From positions 460,598,001-460,662,000 of the forward strand of contig NC_091469.1 in NCBI RefSeq assembly GCF_036971445.1: 64,000 nt of DNA, given 5' to 3'. Below, piece after piece: positions 23,646 through 36,420 of this stretch (position 1 is the stretch's first letter; the number at the start of each line of letters is the position of its first letter). This DNA comes from Narcine bancroftii (Eukaryota). The position numbers and the translations under genes are program-made. The notes beneath the pieces are model-generated. The model made no database searches. It was given only the letters and a program-made list of their open reading frames with translations, and was not told the DNA's origin.

Positions 23646-25137
23646 ATGCCAAGTGGGCAAGGGGACTGGTAGTGGCTGGGCAAACACCTAGCCATGCTGC
23701 TGCCATGGTGTGGGATGAAGGCCCCCCCCCCCCAATATCTGCCACTCTCATCAGGAAGTGAGTGCCCTGAGAGGCCTGTCTGAACGACGGATGATTGGCA
23801 ATACCGTAGGCGACACCAGAAGGGGTCAATGGTGGCACCATCCTATGGTAATTGGTAGTGACTGCCATCTAGGTCAGGTTTTCTGCCCTCCCAGAATGGT
23901 ACCTACATGGCTGGCGACAGTGGTACATCTTGGCCTGGGGTCAAGGTTTGTTAGTGAGTGGGCACTAATTGTGGGTATCTGTGGGAGAACCTTCGTGCAC
24001 CACTTTACAGGAAGTGCAATGATGACTGGTGCCTTGGCAGGCTATTTAGTCACCATCGCATGTCTCAACCTTAGAGGGGTGGTCTTGCCCCTCATGGGAC
24101 TGGTGACCAAGAAAACAGTCCAGGAAGACATTACACTCCTGAAGGGATCGAGTGCATGGAGCAGGGAGCACCCGCTCAAGTTTGCAGTGCTGAGGTGAAG
24201 TTCGGCAATGTCACCCTGCTGGTGATCCACAGAGACACAAATGCTCTCTGGAGTGAGCATTGTGGGGGGGGGAAGCTCTGTGGTGGCGAAGCTTCTCGTG
24301 CATCACTTACTCTGACCTGGACCAGCCTCCCCTCTGGTCCTCCCTAACTGGAGGTGGCCCCTAAATAATCTATCTTGTGACCTCTACCAAACACCCCCCA
24401 ACCCCACCCATCCCCCAGGGGAAGACTACCCTTCAGGCTGTTCCTCTTCTTGATATTGCAGATCATCCACTAGCAAGAAATATTGTAAATATTTCATAAG
24501 CGCTCAGTAATGGCAGCATCCCCAGTCTCCCCATTAACAGACATTAATTCTTTATGGGGTGAGTGCTTCAGGAGTTTTACTTAAAAGCTATTAATTTCGC
24601 TTGAATCCTCCTGGCTATTAACCAACACAGGCATATGTGGCCCTCATTTAAAGGGGACCTGAACAGGAATGGCTCCCTCTGTGCTGAGGGGGCGTCTAAA
24701 TGTGAAACCAAAGTGTTGGATGTGTGAGCCAAGAGAAGCCTTTGGCATTTTATGGATGACCTTGCACTGTTGCTCGCAGATGTTGGTGGTAAAGGGTACA
24801 CATATATGCCAGCTAAGCCAGAGAAACTAGGCATTTGAGTCAGTGACAAGACAATTTTCTCTTTCTCCCCTCCCCTCTGACACTGGGGAGCAGCACCCAC
24901 AGCACCCTGCTCCATCGGGAACACAATAAACCTGTTTAGTCGGGAGGGGGGAGCTGGTGAGGCGTTGTCATTGTGTTTGATATTGTGCCTTGTCCAGTGT
25001 ACTTGTGTATATATTGATCCATTTGATATGCATCTTTATCTTTATTTTTATAACTTTTATACTTTTATACTGTCTAGAAACCAGTTATTCATTGTATTTT
25101 TAGTAATTGGGGAGTTATGTGATTTCTGAGGGGGGAA

Positions 25138-25743
25138 TGTTATATGTGGAGGAACACATGGCCTCCCTGTTGGTCTGGAATATTGTGGGTCACGTGACCT
25201 CCATGTTAAACTTATTTGGAAGTCACATCACTTGCCCATCAAGGTTGGACTCTGGCCACCCATTAATGCACACCTTCCTGTTGGCTCATTTAAATTACTT
25301 AGCATCATCCTTGATTAGACGCCCAGCTCAGAATAGTATAAAACATTGATGCATAGCACATTTCTTTCTATCTACCTTGTGGTCCAAGCCCCGGACATCG
25401 CTCCACACCAGGTTGCTATTGTGGACATCGCTGGAAAATTCATGGGTAAGGTGTGCAATACACTGAAGCTGAACTATAGTACTGTGATAGATCAGTACCT
25501 TCAGAGAGCTATACCCCCATTGATACAGGGAAACAGCAGTGTGTTTGAAAGTCCCTTTCTGTAAAGTGTGCACATGTGCGTGAGCGTGTAGGAGATAGGC
25601 AGCCATGGGTATCAAAGTCCAACTTGTGTCCAATGTGTATGTCTATATACTGTAGTTGTTTAGTAGTAGAGTAATTAAGTATCATTTGACGTTCTGCCCT
25701 GTTGTCTCCTGTGCGTTAAATTAAGTTACCTGTAATTATAACA
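25138..25743 (+). mobile_element. 3' LTR (606 bp) of a second LTR element, preceded by a polypurine tract
   Basis: Perfect TGTTATA...TATAACA termini; GAGGGGGGAA immediately upstream; TATAAAA box at ~25337; unrelated to the LTR at 20282. Confidence 0.75.
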
Positions 25744-25869
25744 CGTATTTAGACTAATCTCTCTGTAAACCTTCCTAATTTGATACTCTTTCAAACACAA
25801 CAGAGTCCCAGAACAGATCCCTACTGAATAACTCAAGTTAATAAATTCAAGGCAGAATGCAATCCACCT

Positions 25870-27920
25870 CATAATTCCCTTTGTTTTCTGCAGGCAAACC
25901 AATTCAAAATCCAAGCAGCCAAGGTTCCTTGGATCCCATGTCTCATGATTTTATGAATGACCCCACCACAGGGGACCTTGTCAAACACTCCAGTAAAATC
26001 CATGTTCTCCACATCCACCAAATTCCCTTGATCGATTTCCTTTTTCAACTCCTTGAAAAATTCAATTAGATTAAGGCATAACCTGTGTTACAGAGTTCTG
26101 TGCTGTGTATTGGCCTATGTGTTATGTGGTTTTATGTTAAAAAGTGACAGTTTGCCTTAGAGAGCCAAGGTGAAGGTGGACTGCTGAGAGAGTGGGAGAT
26201 GGACTGAGCATGTGCAAAAAATGATCTACAAATTTCTGGACTTGGATGATAAACCACCACTGGGGGTGCTGTGGAGTGGAAAAAGGACCAGAGCATGAGT
26301 CATTGTCTGGAAGACAGTTTAGAATGTTGGGCAATTTAAAAGGGATGAACATTCTGGAGGCAGCCAGAAAGATCCGGACCAAGACATTGTTCCTCTCTCT
26401 GCAAGCAACACAAGAAGACAACTTTGAATTTTGTGCTCTCTCTCTCTCAAAGATCTTTTGGCTTCAGTTTACCAAACAAACTGAATTTTGTTTATGATCT
26501 TTGGTTCGGTTGAGATCGAAATTTTGTGAGTCTTGTGTTTGTTTTGTGTCTAAGTTTTTCTGTGGGCTGGTTGGAAATATAACTTAGAGTTTAATTGCAT
26601 ATGTTATATTTAGTCTGGGCAATTTATTAGTTTTACACTGTTATAGAAATTTGCATAGTAACCAGTGAGCATTGTTATAAAAGGGAGGATTTTGAATTAA
26701 AGTTTGAAGGTGAAATTTTTGTTAATAAAGTTCATCTTTACCCCTGTGTGATCTGCCTTCATTGTGGTTGCTGGTTTGATCTTGTAACACCTGTCTCGTA
26801 CAAAAAAATACTACAGTGAGTATCTCGGAGTAAACAATTGCTCTTGCAATGCTTGTAAAACCTGCCCCTAGGGATCCTCTCCAAGAGTTTGCCCACCTCT
26901 AATGTAAGACTCATTCCGCCTCTTACTTTTTTAAAGAAGGGGATGACACTTTAACACTTATCCAATCCTCCTACAGCCAGGGAGGATGTAAAGATCATCA
27001 ACAGTACTTCAACAATTGCTTCCTTTGCTTCCTGTAATAGCCTGGGGTACACCCCATCCACTCTCGGGGATTCATCTATCCAAATATTTTGCAAGAAGAT
27101 CCAACACTTTCTCTTTCTTAACCTCGACATGCTTCAGCACATTAGCTTGTTCTGCACTGACCTCACATTCACCAAGGTCCCTTTCCTCAGTGAACACTGA
27201 TGCAAAGTATTCATTTTTGACCTCTTCTGCCTCCAGGCACATTTCCCCCTCTTTACCCCTAATTAGTCCTATCCTCATTCTCATCATTCATTTGTTCTTT
27301 ATGGATGTGTAGACTGGCTCATGGTTTCCTTAATTCTACTTGTGAAAGTCTTCTCAAGCTCTTTATAACTCTTTTTTTAAGCTCTTTCCTGGCTACCATT
27401 TTATTCTCATGAGCCCTTCCTGACTTTTTCTTCCTAAATCTTATATATGCCTCCTCCTTCTTCCAGACTAGCTGTCCCACCTCTCTTGTCAACTGTGGCT
27501 TCTTTACCCTCTCATATTTTCCCTTCTCAATGGGACAAATTTATCTAGGTCTTCACATGTGGTCCACATACATCATCCACATTACTGCTGTGCATTTCCC
27601 TGAGAACATCTGTTCCCATTTTGCACTCTAAGATTCTGCCTTGTACCATGGTAATTAACACTTCCTCAATTAAACACTTTCCCATTTTGACTATTCGTAT
27701 CCTTGTCCATAGCTATGCTGAATGTTAGGGAGTTGTGGTCACTGACTCCAAAATGGTCACCCACCAAATGCTTTGTCACCTGACCTGGTTCATGACCTAG
27801 TACTAGCTCCAGAAAGGAGTTTGCTTATCCGCATGCTGTGACAGGAATCCTTTGTGGACCCACCTGACAAATCCTGCCCTATCTGAACCTTTTGCACTAA
27901 GGTGGTGCCAGTCAACATCT
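25870..27920 (-). mobile_element. CR1 LINE ORF2 (EN to early RT), degenerate, interrupted by a solo LTR
   Basis: NEYFASVFTEE motif (ORF 27072-27287); colinear CR1 sequence on both sides of 26086-26789. Confidence 0.75.
26086..26789 (+). mobile_element. Solo LTR (704 bp)
   Basis: Perfect TGTTACA...TGTAACA termini; perfect 4-bp TSD CCTG; AATAAA near the 3' end. Confidence 0.85.
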
Positions 27921-28039
27921 TCAGTTAGAGATAAGCAATAAATAAATTCAACTGCCTCCATCTGACAACATTCACTTTTTTTTTAAATCTTACCCCCTCT
28001 CTCCGTCTCTCTCTCTCTTTGGTTTCTGTCTATCAAGTC

Positions 28040-28424
28040 ATATAGTACATAGAATCATAAACCCCTTCTAGTCTATGCTGATCTATTTTTCTCACCTATT
28101 CCCACCGACCTGCACCCAGTCATAGCCCTCCAAAACTCTCACATCCATGTATTTGTTCAAATACTTCTTAAATGTTAATCTTGAGCCTGCATTAACCACT
28201 TCAGCTGGCAGCTTGTTCCACACTCCCACCACTCTGCTTGAAGAGCCATTTATGCCCCTAAACTTTTCCTCTTTCTCCCTCAATCCATGTCATCTGCTTT
28301 GTATCTCACCTACCTTCAGTGGAAAAAGCCTACCTATATTCTATCAGTCTATCCCTCTCATAATTTAAAATACCTCAATCAAATCTCCTCTCATTCTCCG
28401 ACATTCCAGGGAATAAAGTCCTAA
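28040..28424 (-). mobile_element. CR1 LINE 3' end
   Basis: RVVGVWNKLPAEVVNAG..FKKYLNKYM motif. Confidence 0.8.
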
Positions 28425-30640
28425 TGTAGCAACTACTGCAGTAGAGCTACTAAATCAACACGCATACACAGGGTTAGTCAACCAAAGACTGTTTATTTGA
28501 GTTGGCCATGCTTCTTTTATATTCCTCCCATCCCTGGCTCCACCAGATGGGGGTGTGGGGTGTGGTGAAGTCACTAAGTGTTTGCCGCCAATCTGTGGGA
28601 CTGGTGGGTTTAAGGTATACACAGTGGGAACCACACGCTGCCTAGAGGAAGGCATATCAATCTGGTGTGCTGTTAATCAGCATGCAGTTCTGCACGTACG
28701 TGGTCCATTACCTATGTAAGTGCATAGCAGTCTGGCCCGCGGCTCCATGCATTCACTGGTAAGCTGCATTGGTGATGGTTCACGATACCATGCTGTGCAC
28801 CCACTTGGCCCACTACGCAGCCGCTACACTACACCCCCCACCCCCACCCCCCCAGAATTGTCGCCTAAAACCAATGAACTGGCTGCATGAACCTTAGGTG
28901 GACTTTATCATCGCCTCGGCTGGGGGCAAAGAATGGGGAAGTAGGATCCACATGTGGAGGCTTGAGTCTGTCCACACTAAACAGTTGAGAATGCCCCCCT
29001 TCATGTCTAAAGTATACACAAACCCATCCTTCTTAACCTCACAGAAAGGGCCCTATTATGGCCATTGCCATGGTGCTCCTGGGACCTATCTGCGCACAAA
29101 CATAAAGTCAGAGTCGAGGAGAGGTGGGGGCCCATGCCACTTAGGGGTTCCATGCCAGTTGTTTGGAATAGGCTTGCTAACTGTGAAGCCGTGTCGAAGT
29201 TGGTAAAGAACATTGAGGTCAGAGTTGGACGAGAAGTGAATATCCCCGGGAACCAAGAGGACTAAACCATAAGCATCTCTGTAGATGATGCAGGCACATC
29301 TTCCTTGGGAATGATGTGCACTCCCAGTAGAACCCACAGTAACTCATCGATCAAGTCGAGCCCAGTGCGTCGAGCTTTGAGTGTGGTCTTGAGTTGTCAG
29401 TGGAAATGATCCACAAGACCATTAGATTGTGAGTGGTATGCTGTAGTGTGATGCAGTTGTGTGCCACAAAAGCGCACAAGGGCAGTCCATAGCACAGAGG
29501 TGAATTGCGCTCTGCGATCTGAAGTTATGTGTGTCAGGACAACAAATCTCGAGATCCAATTGACAATGAATGCTCTGGGGCATGTCTCAGTGTCGCTGGA
29601 TGCCAATCGGATGGCCTCTGGCCAGCACGTGAATCAGTCTATGACCATTAGGATGTATCTCAGGTTTTGAGATTCTGGCAATGGTCTGACCAGGTCTACA
29701 TGTGCATGTTCAAAACGCTGGTGCACTGCCGGGTAAGGTTGGAGAGATGCTTTGGTGTGCCCCTGAATTTTTGAAGTCTGGCAGGAGGTACACGTCCAGG
29801 CCCACTGCGCAACTTTTTTTTTTCGACTATGCCATATGTACTTACTTATCATGAGCCAGGGATTGGCAATGGGCATTGACAGATGGTTCAAGAAGTGTGT
29901 CCGCTGCCGTATCTGAGGTGTTAGTGGTAAGTGCCAGGGCAGTGCTGGGATTAGGATGCGTGAGCATTGCTGCATTGGCCAGAGCATCTTTGGCAGTTGT
30001 GATTGCTAGCTCTGCCTCTGTGATCAAATTAACCCCCCTTGAGCTTCGTGGCGAGGAGCTGAAACAGTGGTTGACGAATGTCAGCGGGTGCTGGAATGAA
30101 CCGGTGATAGAAATTTATCATGCCCAAGAATTTCTCCAGTCTCTTAATGGTGATAGGCTTTGGAAAAGCACAGAATGTGTCCTCTTTGCCGGATAAGGAA
30201 AAGACGCCCTTGGCCATAATCTTGTCACCCAAGAAATCGATGGTTGACTTGCCAAATTGATATTTGCTAGGGTGGATGGTAAATCCGAATTCTTCCAGCC
30301 ATCGGAACTTGCGGCGTAAATGCAAGTGGTGATCTTGTTCATTCTGATTGGCAATGGAGATGTCATCTCAGTAGATGTAACCAAACTCCAAACCCCTGTC
30401 CAAAGTGTCAATAAGCTGCTAGAATGTTTGAGCAACCCAAAAGGCATCCTAAGGAATTCAAATAGCCTGAAAGCAGTAATAATTGCTGTTTTGGGAATGT
30501 CAAACTCATGGACTGGGATTTGATGGTATCCCTTGACAAGATCGACTTTGGAGAAAACATTGCAATTGTGCAGATGGGCAGCAAAATCTTGCATATGAGG
30601 AGTTGGATGAATGAGGGTGAAATCATTATGCTGACACCAT
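28425..30640 (-). mobile_element. Gypsy element (CsRN1-like), 5'-truncated: RT, RNase H, IN and 3' LTR 28425-28828
   Basis: FSKVDLVKGYHQIPV...FLRMPFGL; FLGMINFYHRFIP; HVDLV.PLP; TTAYHSQSNGLV; G-rich PPT; TGTAGC...GCTACA LTR termini. Confidence 0.85.
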
Positions 30641-31419
30641 GCCACCAGACTTTTTATTCTCCCTCCCGTACTCCTTCTTTATGCTGTTTGACATGCAGCC
30701 AGTGACGGGGGTGTCATCTGCAAACCTATGAGTGATTTGGGAATATACTAAGGGGCAGAATACACAGGCTTGAAGGTCAGCAGTGCTGAGGATTATCATG
30801 GATGAGATGTCATCATTGAGATGGGCAGAATTGGAGGCAATATCAAATAGGTTAAATCATTAATGTGTCTTGAAATAAATTTATTGACCCTTTTTGTGAA
30901 TAAAAGCGGTGTCAGCAAAGGGATTCCTTTCTGCACAATTCTTTATTTGTTGGTTTAAGCAAAGCATCTTGAAATGAATGCTGGAGGCTTAAGCTTCTGT
31001 CTGGTTATCTGTTATTGCTGGAATCATAATAGCCTCTATGGTGAATGTTAGGATGATCAAACTAGAATTGTTATGTGTATAAAATATGTTGTGTTATAGA
31101 ATCATTGAAATATTATTAAATGATTGGAGGCCAATTGGCTCATCAGATCCACCCCTATCAGTTTGAGCACTTGGTCCGCTCACATTTCTTCAAATATTGG
31201 CACTTTCCAAAGTGGTGAGAATTAAAAAAGTCCAAGACAAGCTCAAGTTTCAGGGGCAGCGTTCCAGAGAAAGATCAGTAAGAAAAAAGCCAAGGCAACA
31301 TTGTTTTACAGTCTCTGTCTCCCATCCATCTTCATGCCCACCATCTTCTGGCCAAGAATCCTTTGTCTCGCTGCAAATTTTTCTATCCTTTGTATTTGAT
31401 CTAAGTCCTTAGTTGTATA

Positions 31420-31930
31420 AGATATTGGTAAGGCCAAATATGAGGTATTGTGTGCACTTTTTGTCACCCAATGACGGGAAAGACATCAAAGAGTGGAGAA
31501 GATTTACAAGAATGTTGCCACGACTCGAGGAAATGAGTTAAAGGGAAAGGTTAAACAGGTTAGAAATTTATTCCCTGGAGTGTCGCAGAATGAGGGTTAA
31601 TTGAATGGCAAAATTATGAAGGGTATAAATAGAGTAAATGCAAGTAATCTTTATCCACTGAGGTTTGGTGAGACAAGAACAGAGGACCTCGATTAAGGGT
31701 GAAAACTGAAATGTCTAAAGGGAAAATTCAGGGGTATCTCTTCACGCAGAGAGTGGCGAGAGTGTGGAATGAGCTACCAACTGAAGTGGTGAATACAGGT
31801 TTGATTCTGACTTTCAGGAAAAAATTTGGTATGGGTGCATATCAATAGGACCGGGCAAAATAATACTTTGACTTGGACTTCAATAGCCAAAGGGCTTCTT
31901 TTTTTGCTGTAGTGTTCTGTGGTTCTGATT
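31420..31930 (+). mobile_element. CR1 LINE 3' fragment
   Basis: YKILVRPNMRYCVHF and FTQRVARVWNELP readings; TGTTCTGTGGTTCT tail. Confidence 0.8.
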
Positions 31931-32309
31931 TTTGACCACTTGGCTAATATCCATTTTAATTTCCTCTCATTTATTGAATATGTCATATTTGATGCAGGAC
32001 TATATCAGAAAATCCAGGTTGACCACATTAAAAGCACTGCTAGTCTTGCTTCATCCTAAGGAAATCAGCTTTGAATGGTGTTTATCTTTGATTAATACGT
32101 GCCATTTAAAAAAAAACGATTTGATTACCTCTGAGAAATGACTCCAAATACTTTTTCCCCATAAGTTACATTAAATGGCCAATGACGAGATTTGTAGATT
32201 TTAAAAGAGGGAGAACAGAGGCCCAGAGTTTTAAGAGATAGAAAAGAGGTTATTTTTAAAATGAGAGAATGGAGGGAGAAAACAGTTTTAAAAGGAGATA
32301 GGACAGTAA

Positions 32310-33390
32310 CCCAATGAATATGCACTCAGAAATGAAACTTTTCAACAAGATTCTACCCCCAAATACACATCCCCCTCCTTCCCCTTTCAGCATTTTGCTC
32401 CCTTTGTCCTCTTCTGTTGTCTGGGCTGGCACTTCCCATGAGGTGAAACTTCTAGACCTTTCATCTTCTCCCTTCTGCCATCCAAGGACCCAAGCAGATT
32501 CTTCAGGCAATGCAGGGATTCTCTTGCATTCTTCCAGAATAGTGAACTGCATTTGGTGTTCCCTTTGTGGCCTCCTCAAAACTGCAGAAGCCCAACAAAG
32601 ACTGGGTAAATGTGAGTGGAACACAAAAGTCTGCAGATGCTATGATTGCAGTTAAAACTCAGTGAAATACTGAAGGAACTCAGCCGGTCTTGCAGCATCC
32701 ATAGGAAGTAAAGCTATATTACCAGTGATTTGGGCCTGAGCACTTCTTCAAGGAATAAGCAAAGAACAGGAAAGTATAAGAATAAATAGACTGACACTTG
32801 AGGGGAGGGGGGGTGGGGGAAACAATCCAGACCAATAAAAAGTGTTAATTGGATATGATAAAAAGAGAAGTGATTCTGGCTCTGTGAAATTGGTTTTATG
32901 ACTGCCATCTGCAGTCCCCAGGAGTGACACTCTATGTTTCTACTTGCCTGCCTCTTTCACTCACCCTCCTGTTTTCACTCTAACCATTCTATCCGTTGCC
33001 TTTTGTATTGTTACACTGAGGTAAATGCAAGCTCGAGAAGCAACTTCTTTCTGGGCACTCTACAGCCTTCCGGGCATCTCTAGCTTAGAGAGCTAATTTT
33101 CGTTCTGTTTGTACCAGAACTGGCAATTGAAACATCAACATTGATTTTGTTCAGTTTTTCTTTTTTGTATAGTCTGGCTTCCTGGGCATTTTCCAAAGAA
33201 CCCGTTGCACAGACATTAACTACTCGTCATTTGGCCTTGACCTACCTACTTCCTTTGTTCCATTCATTCCACTGCCACACCTTCTCTGCCATTTAAAACT
33301 AGCTTGTTTTTTTTTCTTTCAATCCTAGTCATGATGAAGACTCCTGAATCAGAAATATTAACTGTTTCATTTTCCACAAATAATGCCTCA
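32310..33390 (+). mobile_element. Penelope-like element remnant (GIY-YIG region and 3' end) with a nested inverted Penelope end at ~32620-32920
   Basis: QGPKQ...SSRIVNCIWCSLCGLL (cf. typical SSNVIYCIRCSRCGLLYIGET) and KLEKQ...LGTLQPSG; degenerate TGATGAAG...GAAA at ~33332. Confidence 0.7.
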
Positions 33391-33394
33391 AATA

Positions 33395-34125
33395 AAACAT
33401 GGCTGCAGCTGGTGTGGATCCACGGAGAGCAGGGAGCAAGGATAGAGCAATCCCTTGCCAGGTGCAGCCTTCCAGTCCGACTGCTCCAGTTACGTACAGG
33501 CTTTAAACAGGATATGAGGGGAGGGGGGTGGTGGGGGATGGCAGCGCCTATTTTCGACAGCAGCCTCGAGAGATTGCGGATTCCAGGCAAGCAGAGGACT
33601 GGCACAGAGCATCAGAAAACAGGGAGACCACCCTCTGTTTGAGAAGGAGAAGCAGAGAAAGTGACCCAGAGGATAGTGACCATGGCAGCTGACCAACGAG
33701 GCGATTTGAGCTGAAGAAAACACAGGCAGCGGGTGTTGGTGACTCAAGGTGAGGAACCCACACACTCTACTGGCTATTGGAGACTGGGTCGAGACTGACT
33801 GAAAGGAGACCAAGTATACGAACTCGGATACGAGAGGGTGCCAAGGGCTCTGAGGCGGCTTCCTGATTATGTCAGAGGTTTGGATCTGGAGCTCGCGTTG
33901 CTGATGGTTTGGACTGAAAGTTGTTTGGTTGTAGAGACTATAAGAGCACTGAAGGTGAATCCACGGACACTCAGTGATTCTGGGGGAATCACTTCTGCTT
34001 CTCTTTCTCTGACTGTAAGGGATGCCGGGCAATTTCTGCTGATGTCAAATCTTTGTCTGGTTATGATAGACCAAAATAAATTTCATTTAATATCACATGA
34101 TGATAAAATGATCTTGAATCGTGAT
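33395..34125 (+). mobile_element. Non-coding ~0.73 kb retro-like element
   Basis: GC-rich body beginning AAAACATGGC; 3' end shared with 3761-4434; ATCTTGAATC tail. Confidence 0.5.
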
Positions 34126-34889
34126 CTGGTGAGCTTCCAGTATTTTATATTACACTATTAGTAATTTTCCAATCCTCCAGTCATCACTTCTGTAGCCAGG
34201 ATTTTTTTAAAAATGTAAGATTGTTTCCCAAAATTTCAAGTTTCCAATTTACTTATAACAATTATCAGTGGATGAAAAACTATATATTTATTGCTGCAGG
34301 GTGTATTTGATAATAACCTGAAACATACAATCCGTAATTGAATAATTGGCAGTGCTAAACCTGCTTTAAAATTGAAATATCCTTGAAATACAGACCATTT
34401 AATTGACACAAATAGAAAAAAAAATCACTGCACTGGCTGGAAATCTGAAATAAAAGCAGAAACTGCTGGAAATGCACAAGTCGAGCAACATCTGTGGAAA
34501 AGGAAAGAGAATTTTTTTTTAAACTGGAGCTGAAGATGGAGAAAAGATGGTGAAAATGAAGGAAATACCTGTAAGAGAGTGAAACCAGGGCTACTATGGG
34601 GATAGGTTGTGATTGATGGGCTAATGGGGTCAGTGAGAGTGTAATAAAGTCAAACAAAAGTGTTTAAAATTGTATGAAATCAGGACTGTTGGGCATAACC
34701 AGCAGGTCAAATAATACTCATGGAGAAAAACTCAGCCAATTGCCAGCATTGTCCTCTATTGTGTGCTGATTTTGAGATTATTATTCCTATCTGATTTTAT
34801 TGAAATAGCAGAATAGATTGAAGATAATGGTGGTTGAAAGGTAAATACTGAGAGCACAGATTTCCCTCACTGTTACAGGCTTGAGTCTT

Positions 34890-35870
34890 GATGAGAATCA
34901 TCGAGTTGTATAGCAGAGAAACAGGCCCTTTGGCCTAACTCATCATGCCTTCTGTTGTGTCCAACTGAGCTGCTCCCACTTGCCAACATTTGACCCATAT
35001 CCTAAACCTTTGTTGTCCATATATCTGTGTAATTGTCTTTTAAACATTGCTCTCACAGCTCACTCTATATTCCCACCGCCCTCTGTGTCATAAGATTTCA
35101 GGTCAGGTACTTCCTCTCTCACCTTAAATCTAGATTTAGGTTTCCTGCTCTGGGAAGACGAATGTCTCAATTCATTTTAACTCTGCCCCTCATGATTTTA
35201 GTACCACTGTCAGATCATCCATCAGCCTCCCACACAAAAGAAAGTATCGAGCTATCTAGTGTTTCCTTGCAACTCGAGCTTTCCATTCCCTGTAGCAGCC
35301 TTGTGAAGGCTTCCACCCTCCCTTCCAGCTTAGAACTACTGCACAATTCAGAACCTTCGGCCCTCAATGTTGTGCCAACCCATATGTTCTTTAAAAAAAG
35401 TGCTAAAACCTACCTACCCCGTAACCTTTTTTTCTCTTCCATCCATATGCTCATCTAGGAGCCTCTTAAATGCCGCTAATGTTTCAGCCTCCACCACCAT
35501 CCCTGGTAAGGCATTTCAGGTACCCACAACTCTCTGCATAAAAAAAACGTAACCTTGATGTGTCCCCTAAACTCTCCTCCCTTCACTTTGTACTCATGTC
35601 CTCTGGTGTTTTCTATTCCTTCTCCTGGAAAACAGGCACTGGCTGTCCACCCTATCTATGCCTCTCAGAATCTTGTAGACCTCTATTAAGTTTCCTCTCA
35701 TCCTTCTACGCCCCAAAGGAAAATATCCCAGCTCTGCTAACCTTTCCTAGAATATGTAAGACTTATTTTCCAATCTGGGTAACAGCCTGGTAAATCTCTG
35801 CTACACCCTTGCCAGAGCTCTTAATGGCATCTTACCTCTGGTTGGGCCACCACAGTTATGCACAATACTG
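34890..35870 (-). mobile_element. Two nested CR1 3' fragments
   Basis: ACAGGCCCTTTGGCC and CCTTCGGCCCTCAATGTTGTGCC 3'-end motifs; RVVGT.NALP reading. Confidence 0.7.
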
Positions 35871-36084
35871 TGGATTATGATGAAATGACAAGACAGCTAA
35901 AACTGAACCAAGGCAAAAAATACTTCTAGTTTCTTGCTTGGGTGTTGATCTAAGAAAAAAATGCACATAAATCTCCCACCTCTCATTATCAAGGAATTTT
36001 AATTTCATGTTTCGTCTGTGCAAGCACAATAGTTGGTGAACAACCAGCCAATGAGAAACAAAAATTCGACCCTGTAGGCTTGAG

Positions 36085-36420
36085 TGGCTCAGTTAGCGTG
36101 GTGGTTAGTGCAATGCTGCTACAGCGCCAGCGACATGGGTTCGAATCCGGTGCATAAGGAGTTTGCACGTTCTCCCCGAGTCTGCATTGATTTCCTCAGG
36201 GTACTCTGGTTTCAAAACTTATTGTCATGAACAGGTCACAACATTTATTGTCTTGCAGCACCCTCAGAGTGCAAATTTTCATATAGTCACTTTTACGACA
36301 TTAATTTTTTTAAAAATTCCTTCCATCTTTCAAAAATGTACAGGGGCTGTAGGTCATTTGGGTGTAATCGGGTGGCATGGGTTTGTGGCTGGCTGTATAT
36401 CTAATTTTTTTTTTAAATGC
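36085..36420 (+). mobile_element. tRNA-derived SINE with a short Rex 3' end inserted (~36220-36320, minus)
   Basis: TTAGCGTGGTGG...GGTTCGAATCC B-box; AGGAGTTTGCACGTTCTCCCCG core. Confidence 0.75.

Noticed and set aside
20282-25743. Single intact LTR element from 20282 to 25743
   Set aside because: The two LTRs differ in length and sequence, and the flanks do not form a TSD.
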